Virus record (IMG/VR): IMGVR_UViG_2711768001_000012 | DNA length: 43,825 nucleotides | Strand: one strand, 5' to 3' | Source of the DNA: a virus | Taxonomy: Duplodnaviria > Heunggongvirae > Uroviricota > Caudoviricetes | Shown here: one piece after another, positions 1-9,795 of the stretch | How the letters are laid out: each line of letters begins with the position of its first letter | Position numbering within the stretch: the first letter of the stretch is position 1 | Notes under the pieces: generated by a model | Databases searched by the model: none | Told to the model about the DNA's origin: nothing | The model's input: the letters and a program-made list of their open reading frames with translations, nothing else | Program-made: the position numbers and the translations under genes

Positions 1-1236
1 CTACGATAACCGCGCATTCAACATGGCTACCTGTTCGTCGTTCATGTCATCAATCCACATACCGTAAATTTCATACACCATCTGCGCAGTTTCATGCCCC
101 ATCTGGCTGGCTATAAACGCCGGGTTCGCTCCTGCCGTCAACAGCCAGCAGGCAAAAGTATGCCGCGTATGGTACGGATTACGGCGGCGAATACCAGCAC
201 GTTTTACTGCTGCATTCCATCTCGCACCCAAACTGCTTACCGAGTAATAAGGTTTCTGTTTTCCGTTACACACTCTGGGCATGAAAACAAAATGCAGTTT
301 TTGCTTTTCGGTTCTGCCGTACTCCCGATGATAAAAAGTGATTTCGCTTTTGCGATGATGCCCGGTCAGTTTGTATTGCTCCTTCAGTGCTTCAAGAGCA
401 GGCTGCAGTAGTGTTACCGTCCGGATCCCCGCATTTGTTTTTGGGGGACCGAACATATCCAGTATCGTCAGGTTTCTTCTGACATTCACAACTCCCTTCT
501 CGAAATCCACATCCTCCCACGCCAGAGCAGCCAGTTCCCCGTGACGAAGCCCGGAGTATACGGCAAATTTCCACAAGTTCTGGCTCTGTCCTTTTTCACT
601 TTCCATTAATGCATTGAATTCTGTTTTAGATAACGGGTCAGGCTTTATTCTGTTTCTCTGTAATTTCTTTACTCCTTCAAATGGTTTGGTTGATATAAAT
701 CCCGACTGATACGCAAAACGTAACAACGAACAGAGCAGGGCGATATAGTTATCAACTGTGCGCACGGTTCTTCCTTTTTTGTTGGATCTTGGATTATCCA
801 GGTAAAGCGTTTCTCCATGCAGCAGTTCATTCCGGTAGTTTAAGATATCGCTATAACGAATATGCGATATCGGAGTACTCTCACAAATTATTATCCTGAG
901 TGTTTTTAATTGTGATTTCGTTTTCTTCATTGTGTTTGTTGTTAACTCTGTTTCTTTAATTTTTGTCCAGATATCACAAAGCTCCCCGAACGTTTTTATG
1001 ACCCTCGTTGTCACCATTTTTGCCCCAGTGCTGGACTGGGGAAAACGTCTTAAATACTCAAACTCACCGGAATTGATTTCATGAACTATCAACGCTCTTA
1101 AATTCCCGGCTTTTTTAATGTTACTGTTAGTAACCTCCCAGCCTTTCAATGTTTCCCGACATCGTTTTCCTCGAAACATGAACCAGATGCGAATGTATTT
1201 ACCTCGAATCTCGACACCTGTTGGTAATTTAGACAT
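1..1236 (-). CDS. int: Tyrosine-type site-specific integrase (prophage integrase)
   Basis: 411-aa ORF with ATG at 1236-1234 and stop (rc of cta) at 3-1; C-terminal catalytic region HTRHTFACWLL...YEIYG typical of tyrosine recombinases; sits at the prophage end next to xis. Confidence 0.9.
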   Translation of the reverse strand: MSKLPTGVEIRGKYIRIWFMFRGKRCRETLKGWEVTNSNIKKAGNLRALIVHEINSGEFEYLRRFPQSSTGAKMVTTRVIKTFGELCDIWTKIKETELTTNTMKKTKSQLKTLRIIICESTPISHIRYSDILNYRNELLHGETLYLDNPRSNKKGRTVRTVDNYIALLCSLLRFAYQSGFISTKPFEGVKKLQRNRIKPDPLSKTEFNALMESEKGQSQNLWKFAVYSGLRHGELAALAWEDVDFEKGVVNVRRNLTILDMFGPPKTNAGIRTVTLLQPALEALKEQYKLTGHHRKSEITFYHREYGRTEKQKLHFVFMPRVCNGKQKPYYSVSSLGARWNAAVKRAGIRRRNPYHTRHTFACWLLTAGANPAFIASQMGHETAQMVYEIYGMWIDDMNDEQVAMLNARLS

Positions 1237-1237
1237 A

Positions 1238-1453
1238 TCATGAGTCTTTGATAAACTGATTTATCTTTGGATAGTTATACCAGATAATCCCTCGCTTACT
1301 GTCTGGCTTCCCTAAAGGAGATACTCGTTTGAAGTGGAAGCCTTCCACCCAACAGTTCTGGCGGTATGCTTCAATTTGTCTGGCCCCCAGACCAGTGCGA
1401 AGCATCAGGCCGTATTCAACCATCCACTCTTCATTAAAGATTACTTGTGCCAT
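1238..1453 (-). CDS. xis: Excisionase-like protein (Rac XisR/YdaQ-like)
   Basis: Small ORF immediately upstream of int, stop 1 nt before int start; first ATG at 1453 ([10 protein letters not shown]...) preceded by AGGTGA; the track start at 1477 is a TTG. Confidence 0.65.
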   Translation of the reverse strand: MAQVIFNEEWMVEYGLMLRTGLGARQIEAYRQNCWVEGFHFKRVSPLGKPDSKRGIIWYNYPKINQFIKDS

Positions 1454-1552
1454 CGCATCACCTCTGGCAGGCGCCAATGTTAGACTTAAATTGACGCCCG
1501 ATGTTGATTATTAATAATCAGCTATGAAGTTTTAATTTGAATACAATGCAAT

Positions 1553-1741
1553 TCACGAGGACTGAAGTTTCTCGCAATTAAAATTTATCAGTTTTACTTT
1601 CTGCTCTCTGGAAACGCCTGCTTCTTTTTTACCTGAGAGCATTTTTTCGCATTCTGATTTCGTTAGTTTAGATTTTGAATATCTTGTCCAGTTAGTAGGA
1701 GTGCCACCTTCCTTTTCAATAGTGGCGGTAATTTTATACAT
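1553..1741 (-). CDS. Small hypothetical protein (YdaC-like); start uncertain
   Basis: ORF 1553-1813; the internal ATG at 1741 (MYKITATIEKEGG...) has a strong GGAGGTG Shine-Dalgarno, whereas the 1813 start lies inside the upstream coding sequence. Confidence 0.45.
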   Translation of the reverse strand: MYKITATIEKEGGTPTNWTRYSKSKLTKSECEKMLSGKKEAGVSREQKVKLINFNCEKLQSS

Positions 1742-1778
1742 GAACACCTCCATTATTATTTCCAGTGGTTCGTTTATT

Positions 1779-1928
1779 TCATCGTTCGAGTGCTTCTTTT
1801 TCACTTCCACCATAACCGGTTCGGGATTCGCATCCGTTACACTTCGCTCGGTAATATCCTGAAATGGCTTTCACCGTTACTGATGGACAACCACAAAATG
1901 GACATGGTTTAACATTGTCATATCTCAT
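1779..1928 (-). CDS. ralR: Lar/RalR-family restriction alleviation protein (zinc ribbon)
   Basis: Hand-translated 49-aa ORF absent from the track (below 60 aa): MRYDNVKPCPFCGCPSVTVKAISGYYRAKCNGCESRTGYGGSEKEALER, with CPFCG...CNGC motif; alternative in-frame ATG at 1940. Confidence 0.55.
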   Translation of the reverse strand: MRYDNVKPCPFCGCPSVTVKAISGYYRAKCNGCESRTGYGGSEKEALER

Positions 1929-1983
1929 AATTTTTCTCATAAAAATATTTCAAGTTGGCGGTGCATTACACCGCCAGGCTGAA

Positions 1984-2793
1984 TTATTCCTCTGAATTAT
2001 CGATTACACTGTATTCCCCGGTTAATACAGAGGAATCTGCAGGATCGATTGTCAGTGGTTCCTTTTCATCCATTGATACTGCACGCTGGATCTCAATTGA
2101 TACGGGCAGATATTTGAACAGGCGACGAATAGCCGTTTTCTTTGCCATTTCTTCCCAGTGAGTTACCCACGGCCCGTTATTACCAGCTTTACTCTGGCTG
2201 CGCACCAGCTCAATCTGTTTGCGCGTCATAACTTCAAACTGAGTACCTCCGTCTTTCAGTCTTGCGACAGCATAGACGTGGGTAACAGGGGCATCTTCGT
2301 TTTCTCCTGGGCGGTGTATTAACTTTTCATCAAGGCCAAATTCGAAATTAAACTCGTCACCTTCACGGACAACACGGGCTGACAGGCTGGCGATTTGACC
2401 TGAACGGCGAGCCAGATCAATCATGCCGCGATAGCCAATGATTAGCTGAACGTTTTTTTTACCGCTCTTTTCGTTTTTATTACCAAAAGGCAGTAAATAT
2501 GCATGACCGAGGGCGCTACCGGGCTCAAGTCCGAGCTGTGAACACTGTACGATTGCACTGACAAAACTCATAGTGTCACAGTTTCCTAACGCCGGAACTT
2601 TACGAATTTCTGTGGTGGCGATACGGATCATACGTTCAGCCGTCATATGGCGTGGAAGAGCTGCTGCCAGTTGCTCTTTCATTGATGGCTGGTTAATAAA
2701 ACTAATCACGTCGTTATTTTTAATTGCTGCTGGTGCACGGTTTCCCTGAGTTTTTTGCAGATCGGCTTTTGCGATTGGTGGTTGCTTAGTCAT
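1984..2793 (-). CDS. recT: RecT single-strand annealing recombinase
   Basis: 269-aa product starting [21 protein letters not shown]..., recognised as Rac RecT; AGGAA Shine-Dalgarno upstream of ATG 2793; start region overlaps recE 3' end. Confidence 0.9.
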   Translation of the reverse strand: MTKQPPIAKADLQKTQGNRAPAAIKNNDVISFINQPSMKEQLAAALPRHMTAERMIRIATTEIRKVPALGNCDTMSFVSAIVQCSQLGLEPGSALGHAYLLPFGNKNEKSGKKNVQLIIGYRGMIDLARRSGQIASLSARVVREGDEFNFEFGLDEKLIHRPGENEDAPVTHVYAVARLKDGGTQFEVMTRKQIELVRSQSKAGNNGPWVTHWEEMAKKTAIRRLFKYLPVSIEIQRAVSMDEKEPLTIDPADSSVLTGEYSVIDNSEE

Positions 2794-5386
2794 TTGCATA
2801 TTCCTTAGCCCAGCGGGGCAGTGATAACGTCTTAATAGCTGGCCATTCATCGGTATTGAGGCAGTCAGCCAGGGTTCGCAGATTGCGGTGATATTCCAGC
2901 TGACCTGCCAGTTTTGCTTCTTCGCCCATCATGAAAATTTCAACCGGATAACGTCCGCATTCAATAGTTGTGCTGGCAACCAGAAAAACGAAAGTTGGCT
3001 GCACTCCAAACTGTGCTTCATAACCGTCACTGTAGAATGCATCCTGAACGTGATAGCGGTAGTCGTAATAAGCGGTTTTGAATCGTTGAATATCCGCCGT
3101 AGTTTTCACGTCCATGATCCAGTGAAATTCAGGGATAATTTTGTCCGGACGGCACCGACACAAAATTGCTGTTTCAGGATCTTCCCAGTAAATTGATGAT
3201 TCAGCGTGTCCGGCGCTTTCAACAAGCCATTGCCCCAGCGGCAAAGCCATAACGCTCTGATACATGAGTTCAATTTTCCGGCCTTCTTCGGCAGTGATAA
3301 CCGTTTTTCCTGTGCTTGCGCATTCCCTCAGAAACGCTTTCTCTTCTTCTTTTCCGGAGTTTGTCCGGCGGTTAAATTCAGGTGCTACGATAAAGCGGTT
3401 ACTGAATTCTTCCGGCTCAAGTACCCGGCAGTGGAAAGCGGTTCCTAAATCGAGCGTTTTTGTCTTTGTGGTGTCCACGGGGGCATTTTTACGCCACAAA
3501 TACAGTGCCGGAGTATCAGCAATGTCATCGAGCTGAGACTTACTGACACCGGGACCCGCGTGGTAATTCTCATTCGAAATTCCGTAATAAATACCTGGCT
3601 CTATGTCTTCTACGATTACGGGATCTGCGACTTCGCCAGTTTCATCACTGCAATCGCGATGCGGATCGCTGCCAGCATTCTCATTGTGCGGATGTTCAGC
3701 GCCTTCCATTTCCTCCGGATCATTTTCCTTAGCTTCAACCTGACTCTCTTCATCGAATGTTTCCTGGTATGTTGCGTCGCCCATCACCGCACCACAGTCA
3801 GGGCAGTTATCCCCGCCAGTCTGGCCGCAGGCATTGCAGGCTATTTCCGGTTCCTGTTGCACTACTGGCTCAGGTTGATTCATATCCGGGCTGGTTTTTT
3901 CCGTTTCTGGCTGGTTCTGGTACACACAATCGCGAGTCTGGATCCCCTTTACCCATTTCGGATCGTTCGGGTCGCTAATTCCGTCAACAAATTCACCACG
4001 TGATGCAGCAAGCAATTTATCGGCATCGACAGGATTTTTTGATGGAATGTTTTTCCGGGCTTCATGGAGTTCTGCCCGCAGTTCCTGATATTTCGCATCA
4101 ACAGAATTTACCTGTGACTGAGCATCCAGCGGCTGCGTGTCCTGATGATGTTCAGTTGCGTCCGGTTCCATTGTTTCAGCCTCTCCCTGTTCAACTGCCG
4201 TTGTTCCAGATGGTTGCGGTTTTTCTTCATCATCCTGTTTTCCTTCTTCTGTTACTCGCTGCGGCATCGGGGCAGAGGAGCGACCGCAGGCAATATCCAC
4301 GATTTCCGGATCAGGGTTGGCATGATCGGTTTCAGTCAGTACTTTGTTCAGATATTCAGTGACGTGCGCGGGGATGACCTCGATCCCAATTGGTGCTTCT
4401 TTTACGGACGCAACCACGATGGCGCGGGAATAATCCAGCCCGCCAGGCATGGTGATGAATTTGTCGCGGAAAACAGAAAAGGGCGGTTTATTTTCAGCGA
4501 TAATTTCCTCAATGCGTTTAGCGTGTGCCGGATGAAGGTTATAGATGTCCAGATCCATTGAACGGGCCAGTACGCCAGTGGCTACGTCCCGCGCCAGTGA
4601 CGTCAGATCGTGTACGAAACCTTCGCCGCGATCGGTGAGGTTTCCGCCGCCAGCATTAGCACCGGAAGCCGTGCGAGTGATGTGTGAAACACGATTACCC
4701 TTCATCCACTCTTTTGTCAGCAGTCCTCGATCGGTGTAGTCAGCGTTCAGGTATGCTTCGAAAAAAGCAGTTATCAGTCCCAGGTTTGAATTACCAGGAT
4801 TAGGGAAAACTTTGTCAGTGTCACGAACCAGTTTGTGGAGTTCGCGAATTTCCAGCGGGTCGAGCAGGCTGGTTTTGTGGGAAACAGCCAGGGCAGTAAC
4901 AGCCGGTAGTTCTTCAGCCCGAGCAATGTGTAATGCCTGGAGTCCGTCGCGTGAAACGTGCGTTACCGGTTTTTCGCTGCCGTGTTGAGCAAGCCAACGA
5001 ATGGGCAGTTCCTGGCCAGAAATTGGGAGTAGCATATTCTCCTCAATCTCAGGCATGTCTTCGCCGTTGACGTTGGTATTGCCTTGATAGTGAGCGTTGT
5101 CTGGTGCTGCTCCCGGTTTTAGTTCCCATGTCATGGAGTCTTTGCTGAGTTGATAGCGTTCACTCCAGGTAAAATCGATCTCACCTTCAGCGGGCAGGTC
5201 ATTAACGACAGGAAAATTCGTGGCAACAGCTTTAAAATAGCTGCTCAGTTTTTTACCTGACTTAACGATCAGGTAGTCCAGAGTGGCACAGGTCGATTCA
5301 AAATCGTTGCTTGCCCACAGGACGACGTCAGGTTCACCGGATGATTTTTTCGCTTTCCGTAACAGGAAGAGTGGTTTTGTGCTCAT
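2786..5386 (-). CDS. recE: RecE exonuclease VIII
   Basis: 866-aa ORF directly upstream of and overlapping recT, with an acidic low-complexity central region; length and position match Rac RecE. Confidence 0.88.
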   Translation of the reverse strand: MSTKPLFLLRKAKKSSGEPDVVLWASNDFESTCATLDYLIVKSGKKLSSYFKAVATNFPVVNDLPAEGEIDFTWSERYQLSKDSMTWELKPGAAPDNAHYQGNTNVNGEDMPEIEENMLLPISGQELPIRWLAQHGSEKPVTHVSRDGLQALHIARAEELPAVTALAVSHKTSLLDPLEIRELHKLVRDTDKVFPNPGNSNLGLITAFFEAYLNADYTDRGLLTKEWMKGNRVSHITRTASGANAGGGNLTDRGEGFVHDLTSLARDVATGVLARSMDLDIYNLHPAHAKRIEEIIAENKPPFSVFRDKFITMPGGLDYSRAIVVASVKEAPIGIEVIPAHVTEYLNKVLTETDHANPDPEIVDIACGRSSAPMPQRVTEEGKQDDEEKPQPSGTTAVEQGEAETMEPDATEHHQDTQPLDAQSQVNSVDAKYQELRAELHEARKNIPSKNPVDADKLLAASRGEFVDGISDPNDPKWVKGIQTRDCVYQNQPETEKTSPDMNQPEPVVQQEPEIACNACGQTGGDNCPDCGAVMGDATYQETFDEESQVEAKENDPEEMEGAEHPHNENAGSDPHRDCSDETGEVADPVIVEDIEPGIYYGISNENYHAGPGVSKSQLDDIADTPALYLWRKNAPVDTTKTKTLDLGTAFHCRVLEPEEFSNRFIVAPEFNRRTNSGKEEEKAFLRECASTGKTVITAEEGRKIELMYQSVMALPLGQWLVESAGHAESSIYWEDPETAILCRCRPDKIIPEFHWIMDVKTTADIQRFKTAYYDYRYHVQDAFYSDGYEAQFGVQPTFVFLVASTTIECGRYPVEIFMMGEEAKLAGQLEYHRNLRTLADCLNTDEWPAIKTLSLPRWAKEYAND

Positions 5387-5487
5387 TGTTTTTTAACCTC
5401 AACTCAGATTAAAATTCGTTTTGTTCAGTGAATGATCTTGCCGGATACACACTGTTCATAGCCTGCGCCATACGCAGGCTATTTCTT

Positions 5488-5763
5488 TCAGATTTCACCT
5501 TTTAATTTCATTGCAATTAGAGTTGCCAGAAATTCGGCTTTTTTTTCTGCGGGCAGATTCTTTCCGATATGCACCAGGCACATTTTTTTGACACCTTCAT
5601 CAAGTGTTTTTACGTTGCCTGATGGACCATCGATATCAACCACAGTGAATGGGGTTTCTTTATTTTCTGTTTTAATTACGTAGCCAATGCGCTTTCCTTC
5701 CAGATTCACCTCGTGAACAATGTCATCGGTAGTTACAACAGTGGCTTCATAATTGGTAATCAT
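5488..5763 (-). CDS. racC: RacC-like small protein
   Basis: Internal ATG at 5763 (MITNYEATVVTTDDIVHEV...) preceded by GGAGA; position right after recE in the leftward operon. Confidence 0.7.
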   Translation of the reverse strand: MITNYEATVVTTDDIVHEVNLEGKRIGYVIKTENKETPFTVVDIDGPSGNVKTLDEGVKKMCLVHIGKNLPAEKKAEFLATLIAMKLKGEI

Positions 5764-5837
5764 GTTTTTCTCCTTAATTAAGGTTGAGCGAATACCTGCC
5801 ATTTCTGGCATAAATTCAGTTTCGAATAGTCAATTAA

Positions 5838-6008
5838 TTAAAGTTCATGTGCCATCTGGTCTTTTTCGGCACAAGCTTCACTGCAATATTTTCTCGGTTC
5901 GTCTTTTGATAAAATCCCGTGCATGAAGTGAAGCATTCTTTCAATAGCTTTGCTTTCTTCAACGTCTTTTTTGCAAAGGTGGTAAGCACATTTTATTTTC
6001 TTAGTCAT
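5838..6008 (-). CDS. ydaE: YdaE-like small zinc-binding protein
   Basis: Hand-translated 56-aa ORF not in track: [56 protein letters not shown]; its ATG overlaps the kilR stop (ATGA). Confidence 0.65.
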   Translation of the reverse strand: MTKKIKCAYHLCKKDVEESKAIERMLHFMHGILSKDEPRKYCSEACAEKDQMAHEL

Positions 6009-6229
6009 CACCATGACTCCGCCTTTACAGGTAAACCATCACGACCGAGGAAGACTTTAATCATGCGGTCAGTAATGCATGTTTTTGTGGTCAGGTTACG
6101 AATATATAGTTTTCGCTTTTTAATATTGTTTGCCGAGGCAATATATGTCCGGCCTTCATGAAGAACATAATCGCCAGGAGTCACACACTGACGTGGTATT
6201 TCATCAGTTCCGAAGTGATGTGCAATCAT
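6008..6229 (-). CDS. kilR: KilR-like cell-division inhibitor
   Basis: 73-aa product [46 protein letters not shown]... recognised as Rac KilR; internal ATG of track ORF 6008-6241. Confidence 0.75.
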   Translation of the reverse strand: MIAHHFGTDEIPRQCVTPGDYVLHEGRTYIASANNIKKRKLYIRNLTTKTCITDRMIKVFLGRDGLPVKAESW

Positions 6230-6670
6230 AATTATCTCCATTTTTACAAATGAACTTTGTTGATGCGGTGCCTGGTGCCTCCAGGTGACTGCAACCAGTT
6301 AACAATTACAGTCGGCTTTCCCACCCAAACCAATAAGGACTAACATGACTTTTAACTGTGCCACGTGCGCTTAGCCGCATTCACCGCATCACAAAATTCA
6401 CTTTAAAAAGGGCGGACATCAGCCGAACTTCAAGAAAAAAACTGATGCCGCCAGGACTACACACAGCAATGTCGTTATTTACAACCGGAGGCGCACTCCC
6501 ACCATTTAAATTTAACAGACAAGACCGACTCTTTATGGATATCGGAAATGCGCCTTCGTGTTGTGCCCGGTTTTATTTCACCACCTCCGGGCTTCGGTGG
6601 TCTCGGCTATACCCCTACAGCGAGAGCTTGTGTTAACATTTCAATACCCTTACAGTTGAGAGTTATTGAT

Positions 6671-7159
6671 ATGTTGGATGTATTTACTCCATTGTTGAAA
6701 CTTTTTGCTAACGAGCCACTCGAAATACTTATGTATACGATTATCATTTTTGGTCTCACTCTCTGGCTGATACCGAAAGAGTTTACTGTCGCATTCAATG
6801 CTTATACTGAAATACCTTGGCTCTTTCAGATTATCGTTTTTGCCTTTTCTTTCGTGGTCGCCATTTCCTTCTCAAGATTGCGAGCACATATTCAAAAGCA
6901 TTATTCATTACTACCAGAGCAACGAGTATTGCTTCGTTTATCTGAGAAAGAAATCGCTGTATTTAAAGATTTCCTTAAAACAGGAAATCTTATTATCACT
7001 TCTCCTTGCCGTAACCCGGTTATGAAAAAATTAGAACGGAAGGGCATCATTCAACATCAGAGTGATAGCGCAAACTGTTCTTATTATCTCGTCACCGAAA
7101 AATACTCCCATTTTATGAAGTTATTCTGGAACAGCAGGAGTAGACGTTTTAATCGTTAG
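6671..7159 (+). CDS. sieB: Superinfection exclusion protein B
   Basis: 162-aa product from ATG 6671 (MLDVFTPLLKLFANEPLEILMYTIIIFGLTLWLI...) with N-terminal hydrophobic segments; opposite strand to the leftward early operon, as in Rac. Confidence 0.8.
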   Translation: MLDVFTPLLKLFANEPLEILMYTIIIFGLTLWLIPKEFTVAFNAYTEIPWLFQIIVFAFSFVVAISFSRLRAHIQKHYSLLPEQRVLLRLSEKEIAVFKDFLKTGNLIITSPCRNPVMKKLERKGIIQHQSDSANCSYYLVTEKYSHFMKLFWNSRSRRFNR

Positions 7160-7311
7160 CTTACTGTGTGCTTCTCCAACCATCGGCGCGCACCAGTTTC
7201 GGTTTTAAATGTTTTGCTTTTGGTATACGTCATGGCAGTGAACGTTCCATCCTGGTTGGGGAACACGCCGCACACCAGGGATTCGTTGTTGCCGAGGTCG
7301 ATTTTTTGCAT
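7156..7311 (-). CDS. ydaF: YdaF-like small protein
   Basis: Hand-translated 51-aa ORF: MQKIDLGNNESLVCGVFPNQDGTFTAMTYTKSKTFKTETGARRWLEKHTVS; convergent with sieB and overlapping it by 4 nt. Confidence 0.55.
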   Translation of the reverse strand: MQKIDLGNNESLVCGVFPNQDGTFTAMTYTKSKTFKTETGARRWLEKHTVS

Positions 7312-7321
7312 TTTGCGAATC

Positions 7322-7456
7322 TCACATCTTGTTGCTGTGTATAGCGACTTCTGCCTGCCAGAGATCCCAGTCGTTGCTGCGTAAAGCCTGCACAGCCTGG
7401 TTGTAAGTGATACCGCAACAATCCATCAAATACTGAACTACTTCGTAATGCACCAT
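7322..7456 (-). CDS. ydaG: YdaG-like small protein
   Basis: 44-aa product from ATG 7456 (MVHYEVVQYLMDCCGITYNQAVQALRSNDWDLWQAEVAIHSNKM) preceded by GGGGAGAG. Confidence 0.6.
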   Translation of the reverse strand: MVHYEVVQYLMDCCGITYNQAVQALRSNDWDLWQAEVAIHSNKM

Positions 7457-7599
7457 CTTATCTCTCCCCTTAACGCCGGGTGGCGGAACTGAAACCTGCT
7501 GCACTGCAAAATCTGAACCCTGCCGTCATGTTCATACGCCTCGGGCTGGCTACTTAACCCCTGACCACTGCCTGGTAACTCGAAGTATTGCCCTGCGTT

Positions 7600-7690
7600 C
7601 TGTGGGGCGGGGTGGGTTGGTAGGTATATAATGTACTTTGTGTTCATTGATGTAAAGTACTATAAGTACATTTTGTGTGTAAAAAAATGA
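7600..7690 (-). promoter_or_regulatory. Candidate leftward early promoter/operator region with GTAC-core repeats
   Basis: Intergenic between racR-like 3' end and ydaG; perfect 7-bp inverted repeat GTACTTT (7633-7639) / AAAGTAC (7654-7660) and a third AAGTACA copy at about 7665-7671; TATATAAT and TTTACA-like hexamers on the minus strand. Confidence 0.3.
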
Positions 7691-7746
7691 GATGGGATAA
7701 AGTGAAGCACAAACCCGGAGGGGGACGCTACCGGATTTATGCTGGT

Positions 7747-8166
7747 TTAAGAGGCTTTTTGTTTTTTCTTTCGTGCTAGCTCTTCGTAAATTGCATTGTA
7801 CTTCTGTTTTTTCTCCTCAAGAGTTTTTAAAAGTTCATCTGTCTCACTGTCAGGGAGCTCGTCCAGAAGGTCAATGATGATTTTTTGTCTTGGATTTAAC
7901 TCCTGATAGAAACGTACCTGTCCACTTTCTTCTGTATCCTCTCCCAAAAGATAGGTTGGTGTTGTTCCAATGAGTGTTGCTAATTCCCTTAATTTCTCTC
8001 GGCGAGGAATTGTTTCGCCATTAAACCATTTGCTAACCGCTTTTGGTGTTAATTTCATTCGACGGGCAATTTCTGCCTGCCTTCCATGTTGTTCATAACC
8101 AGCGTTTTCACAGGCTAGCGCAAGCCTACTGGCGAACTCTTTACGCGCTTTATCTTCATGAACCAT
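7747..8166 (-). CDS. HTH (XRE/cI-like) prophage repressor, RacR-like position
   Basis: Helix-turn-helix segment QAEIARRMKLTPKAVSKWFNGETIPRREKLRELATLIGTTPTYLL; transcribed divergently from ydaS; no S24 peptidase motif seen; first ATG at 8166 (track start 8184 is a GTG), possibly leaderless. Confidence 0.7.
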   Translation of the reverse strand: MVHEDKARKEFASRLALACENAGYEQHGRQAEIARRMKLTPKAVSKWFNGETIPRREKLRELATLIGTTPTYLLGEDTEESGQVRFYQELNPRQKIIIDLLDELPDSETDELLKTLEEKKQKYNAIYEELARKKKQKAS

Positions 8167-8245
8167 AAGTTCAATGATATTCACTCTTGAATGTACTGTC
8201 AGTTCTGTTATAGCATGTACTCAAAGTTCACATTGTGAGGGTGAT
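8167..8245. promoter_or_regulatory. Divergent immunity promoter/operator region (repressor vs ydaS)
   Basis: 79-bp intergenic region; two ATGTACT copies (8191-8197 and 8215-8221), an ACTGTCAGT palindrome, and TTGAAT-17 bp-TATAGC promoter-like hexamers ahead of ydaS. Confidence 0.45.
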
Positions 8246-8500
8246 ATGAACCAGAAAACACTTGAAGATGTAATCAAAACTGTTCGCGTTTCTGTTGTGG
8301 CCGACGTTTGTGGTGTCAGCCAAAGAGCAATCTACAAATGGATGGATAACGGAAAATTGCCTCGCACAGAATATACCGGCGAAACAAATTACGCTGAAAA
8401 AATCGCTCATGCATCAAACGGATTATTTTCTGCTGATGTAATTTTAACTATTGGCAGAAATAAAACTACTACGAAAAAGCTGATGGGAGTTGATTCATGA
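8246..8500 (+). CDS. ydaS: Cro/cII-like HTH protein YdaS
   Basis: 84-aa product MNQKTLEDVIKTVRVSVVADVCGVSQRAIYKWMDNGKLPR... with HTH; GAGGGTG Shine-Dalgarno; first gene of the rightward operon. Confidence 0.75.
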   Translation: MNQKTLEDVIKTVRVSVVADVCGVSQRAIYKWMDNGKLPRTEYTGETNYAEKIAHASNGLFSADVILTIGRNKTTTKKLMGVDS

Positions 8501-8919
8501 AAATCAAGCATGAGCACATCGAGTCAGTGTTGTTAGCCCTGGCAGCCGAAAAAGGGCAGGCATGGGTAGCCAATGCCATTACTGAAGAATATCTGCGCCA
8601 GGGGGGCGGCGAATTGCCCCTGGTACCAGGCAAGGACTGGAATAATCAGCAGAATATCTATCACCGTTGGTTGAAAGGTGAAACGAAAACGCAAAGAGAA
8701 AAAATTCAGAAGCTGATCCCAGCAATTCTGGCAATCCTTCCGCGCGAGCTGCGTCACCGACTCTGCATCTTCGATACCCTGGAACGCCGTGCATTACTGG
8801 CGGCGCAGGAAGCGTTAAGTACGGCAATTGATGCGCATGATGATGCAGTCCAAGCCGTTTACCGGAAAGCGCATTTCAGCGGCGGCGGGTCTTCCGACGA
8901 TTCTGTCATTGTTCATTAA
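8497..8919 (+). CDS. ydaT: YdaT-like protein
   Basis: 140-aa ORF whose ATG overlaps the ydaS stop (ATGA), indicating translational coupling. Confidence 0.7.
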   Translation: MKIKHEHIESVLLALAAEKGQAWVANAITEEYLRQGGGELPLVPGKDWNNQQNIYHRWLKGETKTQREKIQKLIPAILAILPRELRHRLCIFDTLERRALLAAQEALSTAIDAHDDAVQAVYRKAHFSGGGSSDDSVIVH

Positions 8920-8982
8920 GCAAAAGTTTCCATGCTGTTTGTGCTTATTCTAAGCCACCGGGCAGCATCATACGGGGCAATT

Positions 8983-9789
8983 ATGGCCGCATTACCATAC
9001 ATGCAACTGTACATAGCTGATTACCTGGCTGACACCATGCATTTGTCAGCAGAGGAGCATGGTGCGTATTTGTTGCTGATGTTCAATTACTGGCAAACAG
9101 GAAAGCCAATACCTAAAAACAGGCTGGCAAAAATTGCCCGTCTGACTAACGAGCGATGGGCTGATGTTGAACCATCCTTGCAGGAGTTTTTTTGCGATAA
9201 CGGCGAGGAATGGGTGCATCTTCGGATTGAGGAAGATCTGGCATCAGTCAGGGAAAAATTAACCAAAAAATCAGCCGCAGGAAAAGCATCTGTTCAGGCC
9301 AGAAGAAGCAGAAAGGAAGCAGATGTTCAAACAAAACAAGAGAGAAATTTAACAGGTGTTCAAACAGATGTTGAAGTGGTGTTTGAACATGATGTCAACA
9401 CAAAGGCAACTAATAAAGATACAGATAAAGATCTAAAAACAGATCCCCCCCTAAATCCCCCCCGGGGGAATCGAGGTGTCAAAAAGTTTGACCCTCTGGA
9501 TATTGCTTTGCCGAACTGGATTTCTGTCTCGCTTTGGCGTGAGTGGGTTGAATTTCGCCAGGCATTGCGAAAACCGATTCGAACGGAGCAGGGCGCTAAC
9601 GGGGCGATACGGGAGCTGGAAAAATTCCGCCAGCAGGGTTTTTCACCTGAGCAGGTGATTCGACACAGCATCGCCAATGAATACCAGGGCTTGTTCGCGC
9701 CGAAAGGTGTTCGACCTGAGACGTTACTCCGACAGGTTAACACCGTCTCGTTACCGGATAGTGCGATCCCGCCAGGCTTCAGGGGGTAA
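8983..9789 (+). CDS. ydaU: YdaU-like replication-associated protein
   Basis: ORF 8932-9789; internal ATG at 8983 has better Shine-Dalgarno context; precedes the DnaC-like loader as in Rac. Confidence 0.6.
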   Translation: MAALPYMQLYIADYLADTMHLSAEEHGAYLLLMFNYWQTGKPIPKNRLAKIARLTNERWADVEPSLQEFFCDNGEEWVHLRIEEDLASVREKLTKKSAAGKASVQARRSRKEADVQTKQERNLTGVQTDVEVVFEHDVNTKATNKDTDKDLKTDPPLNPPRGNRGVKKFDPLDIALPNWISVSLWREWVEFRQALRKPIRTEQGANGAIRELEKFRQQGFSPEQVIRHSIANEYQGLFAPKGVRPETLLRQVNTVSLPDSAIPPGFRG

Positions 9790-9795
9790 CTGACC

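Noticed and set aside
1-60. attL core site next to int
   Set aside because: The window begins exactly at the int stop codon, so the attachment site lies outside the window and cannot be assessed
2888-4739. Several plus-strand ORFs of 60-150 aa inside recE
   Set aside because: Shadow ORFs antisense to the well-supported recE gene, with no Shine-Dalgarno or start context and low-complexity translations
5919-6161. 80-aa plus-strand ORF
   Set aside because: Antisense overlap with the kilR and ydaE coding sequences, which have clear homology and coupled starts
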